Below, in pieces: positions 1 to 10,324 of a DNA stretch of 64,000 bases (position 1 is the stretch's first letter; each line of letters opens with the position of its first letter). Both the position numbers and the translations under genes were made by a program. The notes beneath the pieces were generated by a model. The model was not told where the DNA came from. It saw only the letters and a program-made list of their open reading frames with translations, and did not search any database. The DNA comes from a virus: IMG/VR virus record IMGVR_UViG_3300030380_006811, positions 32,001-96,000 of that record. One strand, given 5' to 3'.

Positions 1-141
1 GATGATCCTAAACAACTTAAAACTTACAAGGATGCACATGCAAAAGATTGGGCTAAAGTATTAGGTGGGACAGATTTTCAAGTAGTAGAAGAGGACCAAG
101 AAGTAAACGATATTTCACAGTTCGAGAAAGAACCAGAATAG
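1..141 (+). CDS. Partial CDS (C-terminal end); identity unclear, possibly RecA/UvsX-like given its position
   Basis: Open frame 1 from the window edge to TAG at 139-141 (DDPKQLKTYKDAHAKDW...EKEPE). Confidence 0.4.
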   Translation, partial: DDPKQLKTYKDAHAKDWAKVLGGTDFQVVEEDQEVNDISQFEKEPE

Positions 142-148
142 AATCATT

Positions 149-1189
149 ATGAAGCAAAAAGAATTATTTGCGTTGCTGGACGAAGTCCAGGAGCAAGGGG
201 AAGAGACTGTATTAAAAAAACATGATAAAGTATTATTAATAGATGGGTTAAATCTATTTTTTAGAAACTTTGCAATGATGAATATGGTTAATCCTGATGG
301 AGTTCACATTGGTGGGTTAGGTGGGTTCTTTCGTTCTTTAGGTGCAATGATTCGTCAAACCCAGCCAACCTCTGTTTATGTAGTATTCGATGGAGCGGGT
401 TCAACAGCCAACCGAAAGAACCTGCTCTCCGAATACAAGGGAAGTAGAAATTTACAACGTATTACTAATTGGGATGCTTTTGATTCATTAGAAGAAGAAC
501 ACGACTCAAAAGTTGACCAAATAGTACGTGTAATTCAGTATTTAAAATTATTACCTGTTAAAACAACTATAATTGATAAAGTAGAAGCAGATGATATTAT
601 AGCTGTATTAGCAGAAAAATTAGTAAAAAAACATAATTCAACTTGTTTTATTGTGTCATCAGATAAAGATTTTGTACAATTAGTTACTGATAAAATTATT
701 TTATACAGACCAATGGAAAAAGAATATTATACACCTAAAGCAGTAAAAGAAAAATTCGGTGTATCTCCTCAAAATTTTATAATATATAAAACGTTACTAG
801 GGGATAATTCAGATAATATACCGGGAGTTAAAGGATTAGGTGAAAAGGGTATATTTAAAAAATTCCCTGAGTTGAAAGAAAAAGATTTATCATTAGAAGA
901 TATTTTTGATATAGCTACTAGGAAATTTAAAGACCATGTTGTATATTCAAGAATATTACAAGATGAGGACAAATTAAGGACAAGTTTTAAGGTAATGGAT
1001 CTAGGAACCCCTATGATAGATGAAAGAGAAAAGGAGTACCTAGACCAACTAATTACAGATAATTTTCCTGATTTTAACCCTGAAATGTTTATTCAATTTT
1101 ATAATGAAGATAAATTAGGGGGAATGATTAGAAATTTAGATATTTGGTTAAAAGATATATTTTCACAATTTAAAGGTTATAAAGATTGA
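149..1189 (+). CDS. 5'-3' exonuclease / flap endonuclease (T4 RNase H / PolI N-terminal-like)
   Basis: LLIDGLN, VVFDG, EADDII, SSDKDF, LLGDNSDNIPGVKGLGEK (H3TH) motifs. Confidence 0.92.
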   Translation: MKQKELFALLDEVQEQGEETVLKKHDKVLLIDGLNLFFRNFAMMNMVNPDGVHIGGLGGFFRSLGAMIRQTQPTSVYVVFDGAGSTANRKNLLSEYKGSRNLQRITNWDAFDSLEEEHDSKVDQIVRVIQYLKLLPVKTTIIDKVEADDIIAVLAEKLVKKHNSTCFIVSSDKDFVQLVTDKIILYRPMEKEYYTPKAVKEKFGVSPQNFIIYKTLLGDNSDNIPGVKGLGEKGIFKKFPELKEKDLSLEDIFDIATRKFKDHVVYSRILQDEDKLRTSFKVMDLGTPMIDEREKEYLDQLITDNFPDFNPEMFIQFYNEDKLGGMIRNLDIWLKDIFSQFKGYKD

Positions 1190-2556
1190 CATTAAATAGC
1201 ATAAATCAATACGGGCATGAATTCCAGATAAAGATTTTATCATCTTTATTAACTCATAAAGAATTTTTAACTAATATTCATGATATAATATCAGAAGAAT
1301 ATTTTGAAAACCCAGCTCAAAAGTGGGCTATTAAAGAAATTTTAAAGTATTATGATAAGTATCATACTACTCCTTCATTAGATATACTTAAAGTTGAATT
1401 ACAAAAAGTAGATAATGAAGTATTGCAAATATCAATTAAGGAACAATTAAAAGAAGCATATGTAACTTCGGATGAAGATTTAGAATATGTACAAGAAGAA
1501 TTTACTAATTTTTGTAGGAATCAACAATTAAAAAAGGCCCTAATGTCTTCAGTTGATTTACTTAAAGGTGGAGATTTTGATGGTATTCGTTTTTTAATTG
1601 ATAATGCATTAAAAGCTGGTCAAGATAAAAATATAGGACATGAATATATTAAAGACATTGAAGAAAGATATAGAGAAAACTCTAGAACGACTATACCTAC
1701 GCCTTGGGAACGTATTAATGGATTATTACAAGGTGGACTTGGAAACGGAGATTTTGGTATTATTTTTGGTAATCCTGGAGGTGGTAAATCGTGGTCTCTT
1801 GTTGCGTTAGGAGGATATGCAGTTAGATTAGGATATAATGTACTTCATTATACACTTGAATTAGGAGAAGATTATGTTGGTAAAAGATATGACGCTTTCT
1901 TTACTAAAGTACCTGTTAATAAAATAGATTCATTTAGGGAAAAAGTAGAAGAAACAATACCACAATTGCCAGGTCAACTAATTATTAAAGAATTCCCAAC
2001 AGGTAGGGCAACTGTTTCAACTATTGAATCACATATTAGTAAATGCTCAGGAATGGGTATAAAACCTGACATGGTAATTATTGATTATGTGGACTTACTT
2101 TCATCAAGACGTAAAAATAGAGAGCGTAAGGACGAGATTGATGATATTTATACTAGCACAAAGGGATTAGCTAGACAACTTAATATTCCTATTTGGTCTG
2201 TTTCTCAAGTGAATCGTGCAGGAGCACAAGATAAAATAATTGAAGGGGACAAGGCAGCAGGGTCATATGATAAAATGATGATTTCTGATTTCGCAATGTC
2301 TCTTTCTCGTAAGAAAGAAGATAAAGTTAATAACACAGGTAGATTTCATATTATGAAGAATAGATATGGGATGGATGGTCTCACTTTTTCAGTTAATGCA
2401 GATACTTCAACAGGACATTTTGAAGTGTTTGATTATCAGGATAGTGAAGATTCGGAGCAACTAGCACCCCCTTCTAGAGCTAATAAATTTGATACTGATG
2501 TTGATACTTTTGATAAACAGTTACTTAGAAAAAAGTTTTTCGAATTAGAAAAATAA
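1186..2556 (+). CDS. Replicative DnaB/gp41-like helicase
   Basis: Walker A GNPGGGKS, TLE, IIDYVDL, SQVNR, KNRYG; TTG start overlapping the upstream stop. Confidence 0.92.
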   Translation: MTLNSINQYGHEFQIKILSSLLTHKEFLTNIHDIISEEYFENPAQKWAIKEILKYYDKYHTTPSLDILKVELQKVDNEVLQISIKEQLKEAYVTSDEDLEYVQEEFTNFCRNQQLKKALMSSVDLLKGGDFDGIRFLIDNALKAGQDKNIGHEYIKDIEERYRENSRTTIPTPWERINGLLQGGLGNGDFGIIFGNPGGGKSWSLVALGGYAVRLGYNVLHYTLELGEDYVGKRYDAFFTKVPVNKIDSFREKVEETIPQLPGQLIIKEFPTGRATVSTIESHISKCSGMGIKPDMVIIDYVDLLSSRRKNRERKDEIDDIYTSTKGLARQLNIPIWSVSQVNRAGAQDKIIEGDKAAGSYDKMMISDFAMSLSRKKEDKVNNTGRFHIMKNRYGMDGLTFSVNADTSTGHFEVFDYQDSEDSEQLAPPSRANKFDTDVDTFDKQLLRKKFFELEK

Positions 2557-2581
2557 TAATAACAAATTAAACCGAATTAAA

Positions 2582-3568
2582 ATGGCAAAAAAATCATTAT
2601 TGCAGGAAAGAATAGTTTATAAACCCTTCGAATATCCGGAGGCTTTTGATTTTTATATGAAACAACAACAAGCTCATTGGTTATGGACCGAAGTACCTAT
2701 GATGGCTGATGTAAATGATTGGAAACAAAACCTATCAGAAACAGAAAAAAATATTATAGGTTCTATACTTAAAGGGTTCGCCCAAACAGAAACTGTAGTA
2801 AATGATTATTGGTCAACTTTAGTTACTAAATGGTTTAGAAAACCTGAAGTGATAGCAATGGCTGTTACTTTTGGTTGTTTTGAAACTATTCATGCCGAAG
2901 CTTATTCATTATTAAATGAAGAATTAGGATTAGATAATTTTGCCGAATTTTTAGAAGATGAAACAACAATGGCTAAAATTGATGCTTTAATGCAAGTTAA
3001 AGATTCTCATGATGGTACTCCTGATTGGCATGAAAGAGCTAAATCATTAGCTATTTTTTCTGCTTTTACTGAAGGTGTTAACTTATTTTCTTCATTTGCT
3101 GTTTTATTATCTTTTAAATTACAAAATAAACTTAAAGGAGTAGGCCAGATAGTAGAGTGGAGTATTAGAGATGAATCATTACACTCAAATGCGGGTTGTT
3201 GGTTATTTAGAACATTACTAAAAGAACACCCAGAATATGATACACCAGAATTAAGGGCACAAATTGAAGAAGCTGCTCATTTATCTCTAAAATTAGAATT
3301 AGATTTTATTGATAAAGTTTATGAAATGGGTGATTTAGAAGGTTGTACTAAATATGATTTAACTTCTTTTATTAAACATAGATTAAATACAAAAATGGGT
3401 GATTTAGGTTATGGTCCTATAGTAAATGGTATAGATGAAGAAGCAGTACAAAGAATGAGTTGGTTTGATAATTTATCAGCAGGAAAACAACACACAGATT
3501 TCTTTGCAAATAGAGTAACAAATTATAGTAAAGGTGTTCAAAATTGGGACGCAGCAGCATTATTTTAA
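2582..3568 (+). CDS. nrdB: Ribonucleotide reductase class I beta subunit
   Basis: YKPFEYP, ETIHAEAY, TEG, RDESLH di-metal ligands, DFFA..VTNY tail. Confidence 0.95.
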   Translation: MAKKSLLQERIVYKPFEYPEAFDFYMKQQQAHWLWTEVPMMADVNDWKQNLSETEKNIIGSILKGFAQTETVVNDYWSTLVTKWFRKPEVIAMAVTFGCFETIHAEAYSLLNEELGLDNFAEFLEDETTMAKIDALMQVKDSHDGTPDWHERAKSLAIFSAFTEGVNLFSSFAVLLSFKLQNKLKGVGQIVEWSIRDESLHSNAGCWLFRTLLKEHPEYDTPELRAQIEEAAHLSLKLELDFIDKVYEMGDLEGCTKYDLTSFIKHRLNTKMGDLGYGPIVNGIDEEAVQRMSWFDNLSAGKQHTDFFANRVTNYSKGVQNWDAAALF

Positions 3569-3571
3569 AAT

Positions 3572-5287
3572 ATGGAAAACAACGCATTACAAGTAGATTA
3601 TACAAATTGGGAAGCTGGAAAACAGTATCCTGAATGGATGGATGAAATTTCTTTAGCAACAGTATCAAAAGGATACTTATTGCCTGGGGAAACAGTAAAA
3701 ACAGCTTATAGGAGAGTAGCAACTGCAGCAGCTAATAGATTAAAAAAACCAGAATTAACAAATAAATTTTTTAAATTATTTTGGAATGGGTGGGTTGGAT
3801 TAGCATCTCCTGTATTATCAAATATGGGAACTGACCGTGGTTTACCTATTTCTTGTTTCGGCATTGATACACCTGATTCTATACGTGGAATTGGTTTAAC
3901 TAACGCGGAACTAATGAAATTAACAGCATCTGGTGGAGGTGTAGGTATATCATTATCACGCATTAGAAAACGAGGAACAAGTATATCAGGTAATGGTAAA
4001 AGTGAAGGTGTAGTTCCTTGGGCTAAGATTTATGATTCAGCTATTATCGCTACTAACCAAGGTAATGTTCGTAGAGGAGCTGCTTCAGTAAATTTAGATA
4101 TTAATCATGGTGATATTGATGAATTTTTGCAAATTAGAAGACCTAAAGGAGACCCGAATAGACAATGTTTAAATCTACATCAGTGTGTAGTAGTTGATGA
4201 TTTTTTTATGCGTAAATTAGAAGCAAGAGATCCTGAAGCATTAAATACATGGGCAACTATTTTAAAAGCAAGAATGGAAACAGGTGAACCTTATGTAATG
4301 TATAAAGATAATGTTAATAAAGATAATCCTATTGCCTATAGATTAAATAACTTAGATGTAACAATGACAAATATATGTTCAGAAATTACATTATTTACAG
4401 ATGAAGAACACTCATTTATTTGTTGTTTATCTTCTATGAATTTAGCTAAATATGATGAATGGAAAGATACAGACTCAGTAGAGTTAGCTACTTGGTTTTT
4501 AGATGGAGTAATGCAAGAATTTATTGATAAATCGTCTGGTAGGGAATCATTAAAAAGGACCCACAAACATGCTTCTAAAGGTAGAGCATTAGGGTTAGGA
4601 GTAATGGGGTGGCATACATTTTTACAACAAAAAGGATTACCATTTAATTCAATATCCTCTACTGCTCATACACATAATATTTTTAGTAATATTAGAAATA
4701 AAGCAGAAAAAGCATCAATGGAATTAGCTCAAGAATATGGAGAACCACTTTGGTGTAGAGGTACAGGAATGAGAAATACACATTTATTAGCTATAGCCCC
4801 TACAGTATCAAATTCTGTAATTACAGGTGGTATTTCTGCGGGTATTGAACCTCTTCCTGCTAATGTATATACTTTTAATGGTGCTAAAGGTACTTTTATT
4901 AGAAAAAATAAAGTATTACAAAACTTATTACAAGGAAAAAAAGAGGATAAAAATAAATGGTGGGACCAAATGTTGCAAGATGGAGGATCAGCACAAAATC
5001 TTCCAGATACTGTATTAAGTCCCGATGAAAAAGAATTATTTTTAACATTTTCTGAGATAAATCAATTGGAACTTGTGCGCCAAGCTGCAATAAGACAAAA
5101 ATATATTGATCAAACCCAATCTCTGAATTTGTCATTTGATCCTAATGATTCGCCAAAATGGATAAATCAAGTTCATATGGAAGCATGGAAACTTGGGATA
5201 AAAACATTATATTACCTAAGAACTGATAGTGTGATAAAGGGTGATCTTGGCTCAAGAATGGCAGATTGTGTATCTTGTGATGGATAA
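3572..5287 (+). CDS. nrdA: Ribonucleotide reductase class I alpha subunit (no ATP cone)
   Basis: ISCF, TNICSEI, CCLSS, LAIAPT, TLYYLR, C-terminal CVSC. Confidence 0.95.
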   Translation: MENNALQVDYTNWEAGKQYPEWMDEISLATVSKGYLLPGETVKTAYRRVATAAANRLKKPELTNKFFKLFWNGWVGLASPVLSNMGTDRGLPISCFGIDTPDSIRGIGLTNAELMKLTASGGGVGISLSRIRKRGTSISGNGKSEGVVPWAKIYDSAIIATNQGNVRRGAASVNLDINHGDIDEFLQIRRPKGDPNRQCLNLHQCVVVDDFFMRKLEARDPEALNTWATILKARMETGEPYVMYKDNVNKDNPIAYRLNNLDVTMTNICSEITLFTDEEHSFICCLSSMNLAKYDEWKDTDSVELATWFLDGVMQEFIDKSSGRESLKRTHKHASKGRALGLGVMGWHTFLQQKGLPFNSISSTAHTHNIFSNIRNKAEKASMELAQEYGEPLWCRGTGMRNTHLLAIAPTVSNSVITGGISAGIEPLPANVYTFNGAKGTFIRKNKVLQNLLQGKKEDKNKWWDQMLQDGGSAQNLPDTVLSPDEKELFLTFSEINQLELVRQAAIRQKYIDQTQSLNLSFDPNDSPKWINQVHMEAWKLGIKTLYYLRTDSVIKGDLGSRMADCVSCDG

Positions 5288-5354
5288 ACATATGTATTAA
5301 CGTTATTCTTCATAGTTGTTAGTTACATTTTGTTTAACTAAAATCATATATTTT

Positions 5355-5585
5355 ATGGAAATTTTAACTAAGATTGGCTCTTGGGCCAACAAACTGACTG
5401 AAATAGGAATTTCAGTTATTGCACTCGGAGTAGTACTTGAAGTATTATTCGGAGGAGTAGGTATCCCCTTTTGGAAAGATATATCTGTAGTGGATAATAT
5501 TATGGGAATATTAGGTAATCTAGATGGCAAAGGTCTACTGGGATTAGTAGGTGCTTTTGTTCTTATTCATATACTTAAAAAATAG
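5355..5585 (+). CDS. Small membrane protein (2 TM)
   Basis: Hydrophobic ORF; ATG 5355 preferred over upstream TTG; followed by a terminator. Confidence 0.7.
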   Translation: MEILTKIGSWANKLTEIGISVIALGVVLEVLFGGVGIPFWKDISVVDNIMGILGNLDGKGLLGLVGAFVLIHILKK

Positions 5586-5610
5586 TAAATAGATTACGTA
5601 GAAAGATAAA

Positions 5611-5638
5611 AAGGGGTGCACTAGCGTCCCTTTTTTTT
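5611..5638 (+). terminator. Rho-independent terminator
   Basis: AAGGGGTGC-acta-GCGTCCCTT stem followed by a T run. Confidence 0.8.
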
Positions 5639-5646
5639 ATATTTAT
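5639..5646 (+). promoter_or_regulatory. ATATTTAT putative late-promoter motif
   Basis: Recurs upstream of many gene starts (10281, 11591, 46416, 48123, 57994, 59072, 61771). Confidence 0.55.
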
Positions 5647-5673
5647 GATCAAATTATTAAATAAAATTTTATA

Positions 5674-8574
5674 ATGAAAAAATTATTACTATGGTTATGC
5701 TTAGCCTTACCTTTTCTAGGTATAGCCCAAGAAACAGCCCCAGTTGCCTTTAGATTAGATACTGAGCAACTTAATGTTCCCAACCCTGATCAAATGCAGG
5801 TATTTATCCAAACTAATGTTTCTAACTGGGTAGATATTCCAATGGAAGATGTTGGGGGAAATGGAATATGGAGAAAAGTTATTAATATAAATCATCCTAC
5901 AGACGAAAACATAGATGTATTTTATAGATTTAAAATTACATCCTTTGGCAATAATGGATTACCCTGGACAGCTTGGGAAGGAGGATCAAATGTAGATTTA
6001 GAAGACTGTACTATCCCACCAAGTGAATTTGGCCTCGCAGGAGGTTTGGTAAGAGATATAGTAGTACCACAAGAATTAATAGATAACGGTACTTACGTTA
6101 ATCCAACAGGAGAATATAAATTAACTCATTGTTTTAATATATGTGGTAATGCCCCTTGCCCCCCAGAACCTTGTGTAGATGGTTTAACTTCAACTAATGC
6201 TTACCAACAATGTTTAGATGGAGGTCAAGCTTTAATAGTTTTTGAATGGGGAACTGAATGTGAAATTCAATCTGTTGAATATTCTAATGTAGAGGGAGCA
6301 GGTCCATTCACATACCAAGTAGCCCCTGATGCAGTAAATTTTGGGGTTTATGCAGGTTATGGACAAATGCCTCCTAATTGGAGTGTAGAACATCAATTAA
6401 TAGTTAACTTTGTAGATGGTACCCAATCAGAGCCAATAATTTATACACCTGAACCATGTATAGAAGGCTGTACAGATCCAAATTCTGAGTCTTATAATCC
6501 ATGGGCAAACGTAGACGATGGTTCATGTTCTGGTACTACTTGTGATACAGAAGTAACAGATCAAATTACAGTAGAAATTACATTTGATAATTGGCCAAGT
6601 GAAACAGGATGGTCTTTGACAAGTGGTGTTTATGGTGTAATTGGAGAGGAACAAGATGGAACTTATGATTATAATGATATAGGTCAAACTTATACTTATA
6701 ATTTCTGTGTTGACAAAAACGCAGGATTTGAATTTATAATTACAGATACCTATGGAGATGGTTTAGCTGGTTCTACTTCAGGTGGAACTTTAGATGGTTC
6801 AGTAAGAATTTATGATTGTAATGGGGATTTAATTTGGGAATTGGATCCTGATTTTGGAGAAGTAGCTTACTCAGGTCAACAGTTTGGAGTTGAATGTGAA
6901 GGAGTAGAAGAAATTTATGGTTGTACAGACCCAGCATACCAATCTTATAACCCAGAAGCTACTATAGATGATGGTTCATGTACTGAGCTTCATATTGTAG
7001 GGTGTACAGATGAAAATTCAATTAACTACAATCCAGATGCTACAAAACAAGAACTAATTCCTGTTTGTGATTATACTTTAATAATTAAAGATGCAGCTGG
7101 AGATGGTTGGGGTAATTCGTATTTAGGTGTATCTCAAGGTGATGTTCCACTAGGTACTTATACTATGGGACCTGGAGAGTATGAACAAACATTCCCACTA
7201 CAATTATCTTCCTCTGAAGAAATTAAAGTTTATTATTTCCAAGTAGGAGGTCCACAATCAACACCTCAAGAAGTACAATTCCAAACTTGGCATAATTCAT
7301 TTATTATAGAAGGTGCAGATGGAGAAATTTTAATTAGTGAAGGAGAAAATCCATTTGAAAATAATGGACAAGGTGCTTTACAAAATTTTGAATCGCCATT
7401 CTTTATAACATATACAGCTCTACCTTATTGTGGTGATATTTGTATCCCAATAGTAGAAGGGTGTATGACTGAAGGTTCATTAAACTATAATCCTGAAGCT
7501 AACGTAGATGATGGTTCTTGTATACCTTATATTGAAGGTTGTATGAATCCATTAGCATTTAATTACAATCCAGATGCTACAGTAGATGATGGTTCATGTG
7601 AAGAAGTAGTAGTAGGATGTATGGACCCAGAATCATTTAATTACAACCCAGAAGCTAATACAGCGGGAGATTGTATTCCAGTTATAGAAGGTTGTATGAA
7701 TGAATTAGCATTTAACTATAATCCAAATGCAAATACAGCTGGAGAATGTATACCAGTAGTTCAAGGATGTACTGACCCAACTTCATTTAATTATAACCCA
7801 GATGCTAATACGGATGATGGTTCTTGTGAACCAGTAGTTTATGGCTGTACAGATCCTAATTCATTTAATTATGATCCTGAAGCAAATACAGATAATGGAT
7901 CATGTCAAGAATTTGTTTATGGGTGTATGGATCCGGAATCATTCAATTATAACCCAGAAGCAAACGTAAATCAAGTATCAGCTACAGATTTTACAAATCC
8001 TTGTATACCAATAGTATATGGATGTACAGATCCAGAATCAGTAAATTACGATCCTGAAGCAAATGTAGATAATGGTAGTTGTATTACTGCAGTAGTAGGT
8101 TGTACAGATCCTAATTCTTATAATTATGATCCAGCAGCAAATGTTTCAGATCCTGAAGCTTGTTTATATGATGCTGGTTGTATAACAGGTCCAGGTGAAC
8201 CATATTGGTTAAACGATCAATGCTATGCTTGGGTAATTGATGTAGATAATTATTGTTGTGATAACGATTGGGATCCAGTTTGTCAAGAAATGTATAATTA
8301 CTGTGAAAACGGATGGCCAGATGGATTTGATATAAATGGAATGTTTAATAGATCATTTACAAGCATTGTAGTTTATCCAAACCCAACAGATGATATTTTA
8401 AATATTGGTACTACTTTAGATGTAACTTATTCATTAACAGATGTTACTGGTAGAACTATAATTAACAATTCAAATAAAAAAACAGTTGACATGTCAGGTT
8501 TAGAATCAGGAGTTTATTTCCTAACAATAAATCATGAAGGTCAAGTATTTAATAAAAGAATAATTAAACAATAA
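5674..8574 (+). CDS. Secreted Cys-rich repeat protein with T9SS C-terminal sorting domain
   Basis: N-terminal signal peptide; 12 GC(T/M)DP..(F)NYNP.A..DDGSC-type repeats; C-terminal VYPNPT...D.TG...SGVYFL...KRIIKQ typical of T9SS type A CTD. Confidence 0.85.
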   Translation: MKKLLLWLCLALPFLGIAQETAPVAFRLDTEQLNVPNPDQMQVFIQTNVSNWVDIPMEDVGGNGIWRKVININHPTDENIDVFYRFKITSFGNNGLPWTAWEGGSNVDLEDCTIPPSEFGLAGGLVRDIVVPQELIDNGTYVNPTGEYKLTHCFNICGNAPCPPEPCVDGLTSTNAYQQCLDGGQALIVFEWGTECEIQSVEYSNVEGAGPFTYQVAPDAVNFGVYAGYGQMPPNWSVEHQLIVNFVDGTQSEPIIYTPEPCIEGCTDPNSESYNPWANVDDGSCSGTTCDTEVTDQITVEITFDNWPSETGWSLTSGVYGVIGEEQDGTYDYNDIGQTYTYNFCVDKNAGFEFIITDTYGDGLAGSTSGGTLDGSVRIYDCNGDLIWELDPDFGEVAYSGQQFGVECEGVEEIYGCTDPAYQSYNPEATIDDGSCTELHIVGCTDENSINYNPDATKQELIPVCDYTLIIKDAAGDGWGNSYLGVSQGDVPLGTYTMGPGEYEQTFPLQLSSSEEIKVYYFQVGGPQSTPQEVQFQTWHNSFIIEGADGEILISEGENPFENNGQGALQNFESPFFITYTALPYCGDICIPIVEGCMTEGSLNYNPEANVDDGSCIPYIEGCMNPLAFNYNPDATVDDGSCEEVVVGCMDPESFNYNPEANTAGDCIPVIEGCMNELAFNYNPNANTAGECIPVVQGCTDPTSFNYNPDANTDDGSCEPVVYGCTDPNSFNYDPEANTDNGSCQEFVYGCMDPESFNYNPEANVNQVSATDFTNPCIPIVYGCTDPESVNYDPEANVDNGSCITAVVGCTDPNSYNYDPAANVSDPEACLYDAGCITGPGEPYWLNDQCYAWVIDVDNYCCDNDWDPVCQEMYNYCENGWPDGFDINGMFNRSFTSIVVYPNPTDDILNIGTTLDVTYSLTDVTGRTIINNSNKKTVDMSGLESGVYFLTINHEGQVFNKRIIKQ
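6466..8163 (+). repeat. Intragenic ~26-aa GCTDP/NYNP/DDGSC repeats (12 copies, 9 tandem)
   Basis: Counted in the translated ORF. Confidence 0.85.
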
Positions 8575-8575
8575 G

Positions 8576-9643
8576 ATGAGAAAACTATTAATACTACTTT
8601 TAGTTATACCCTTTTTAGGTTTTAGCCAAGAATCTGAATCAAAATTTAAAAAGGAGTTAAAGAAAACACTTAAATTCTCTACTTTTTATGGTGCCATAAA
8701 TGGTGGAACATCTTTATCAGATCAAAATTCGTTTTCAGTTAACACAGGAACCTTAATATCAGATGTAATAGAAACCCCTTTCGACTATTCAGTTGCTTTA
8801 GGAATAAGAAAAATTGCAAGATTTGATTATGAAAATAGAGCTAATGTATTTTATAATGGTACAGAAGAATCTTTTTCGGATAATGCTACAATTGGTAAAA
8901 TAAAAGGATTTGAATTTTTATTTGAAGGTGATTATAGAAGAATTCAAGGTGAAACCTATTTAGATCAACACCACTTTATAAGATATGTTGCTGAAGATTG
9001 GGTTGCTAAAGTTGAATATCTTGTTGGTGGTTTTATTGATATTGAATATTTTCAAGCATCTCAAAGATATAGACATAACATAAATAAAGAATTTTCTATT
9101 AATATAGGAGCAGCTCAAAGATTATCTCAACCTTATGGGTATGATCCTTTAGCTGAATGGATGTTAGATAATGGCAACTTACATTATACTTGGTTAGCTA
9201 TTCAAGAAGGATATACAGTTGACTTTGATGGTCAAGGAGGACAGACATATTACAACCCAGGAGGAGATGTTGTTGCTACAAGCACAGCGGTTTGGGAAGA
9301 GGTTATTATTCCTCAAGTTTTAGTTAATTATGTAGAAAAGAAACAGGATGAAGCTCCGCTTAGATTTGAATATTCTTTGATTGCTGGGTTTGATTACTAC
9401 AAATATTCAAAGAATTTTTGGTTACATGCTTGGGGAAATATAATGCCCATTCATATAAACACCAATAATGAATTTTCTTTCCATAATTATAATGGAGGCC
9501 AATGGACTGATTACTCAGCAGGTTTAATTTTTGGTCATAAATTGACAAAATCACTTGGGTTATTTGCCGAAGGTACTTACAGTAAATATTGGAATAGAAA
9601 TTGGCATAAATTTTCAATGGGAATAAATTATATAATATTTTAA
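8576..9643 (+). CDS. Putative outer-membrane beta-barrel protein
   Basis: Signal peptide, aromatic-rich alternating strands, C-terminal GINYIIF ending in Phe. Confidence 0.6.
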   Translation: MRKLLILLLVIPFLGFSQESESKFKKELKKTLKFSTFYGAINGGTSLSDQNSFSVNTGTLISDVIETPFDYSVALGIRKIARFDYENRANVFYNGTEESFSDNATIGKIKGFEFLFEGDYRRIQGETYLDQHHFIRYVAEDWVAKVEYLVGGFIDIEYFQASQRYRHNINKEFSINIGAAQRLSQPYGYDPLAEWMLDNGNLHYTWLAIQEGYTVDFDGQGGQTYYNPGGDVVATSTAVWEEVIIPQVLVNYVEKKQDEAPLRFEYSLIAGFDYYKYSKNFWLHAWGNIMPIHINTNNEFSFHNYNGGQWTDYSAGLIFGHKLTKSLGLFAEGTYSKYWNRNWHKFSMGINYIIF

Positions 9644-9649
9644 TTAAAG

Positions 9650-9940
9650 ATGGCAAAGTCAAAAGAATTAAGCGAAAGTACGAGTTTTACAGTTAGTATT
9701 CAAACACTAATAGGTATTGCATTTGGTATTGCTACTGTGGTAGGTATGTGGTTCGCTCTACAAGCAGATATTGCAGAGGCTAAAGAACTACCCATTGCCC
9801 CGCCACCAGATGTTACAAGAATGGAATATGATATGAAAGATCAATTAATCCGTCAAACTATTATGTCAACTCAAGAAGATGTTCAGGAGTTAAAAGAAGA
9901 CATGAAACGTATTGAGGACAAGATTGATAAATTAAGATAA
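9650..9940 (+). CDS. Single-TM coiled-coil protein
   Basis: One TM helix then a heptad-like tail. Confidence 0.6.
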   Translation: MAKSKELSESTSFTVSIQTLIGIAFGIATVVGMWFALQADIAEAKELPIAPPPDVTRMEYDMKDQLIRQTIMSTQEDVQELKEDMKRIEDKIDKLR

Positions 9941-9946
9941 TTTATT

Positions 9947-10276
9947 ATGAAAAAATCTATACTAAGTGTTTTACTTTTTATAACCAGTTTACCTTTATTA
10001 GGGCAAATAGAAGTTAAATACTTTAACGCAGCTTGGAATGCAGCTAATGAAATAGAATGGGTAGATAAATTAACTGACTGTGAAATAAAAAAGTATGATA
10101 TAGGGGCTAATCCCGCAGACGCAGGAAAATTTAAAGTAGTAGTTGTACCAACTATATTAGTCTTCCAAGATGGAGAAGAAGTTGAAAGATATCAAGCAGA
10201 TATTAGTTTTAAAATGAGTGCAACTAGAGAAGAAGTACAGGACGAAATAGATGAACTTATAATGAGTGCATTTTAA
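9947..10276 (+). CDS. Exported thioredoxin-fold protein without CxxC
   Basis: Signal peptide; FNAAW..., VVPTILVFQDGEEVER. Confidence 0.6.
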   Translation: MKKSILSVLLFITSLPLLGQIEVKYFNAAWNAANEIEWVDKLTDCEIKKYDIGANPADAGKFKVVVVPTILVFQDGEEVERYQADISFKMSATREEVQDEIDELIMSAF

Positions 10277-10324
10277 TTCAATATTTATAATTGACGAATT
10301 AGTTATTAATTAAATTGTTATTTT

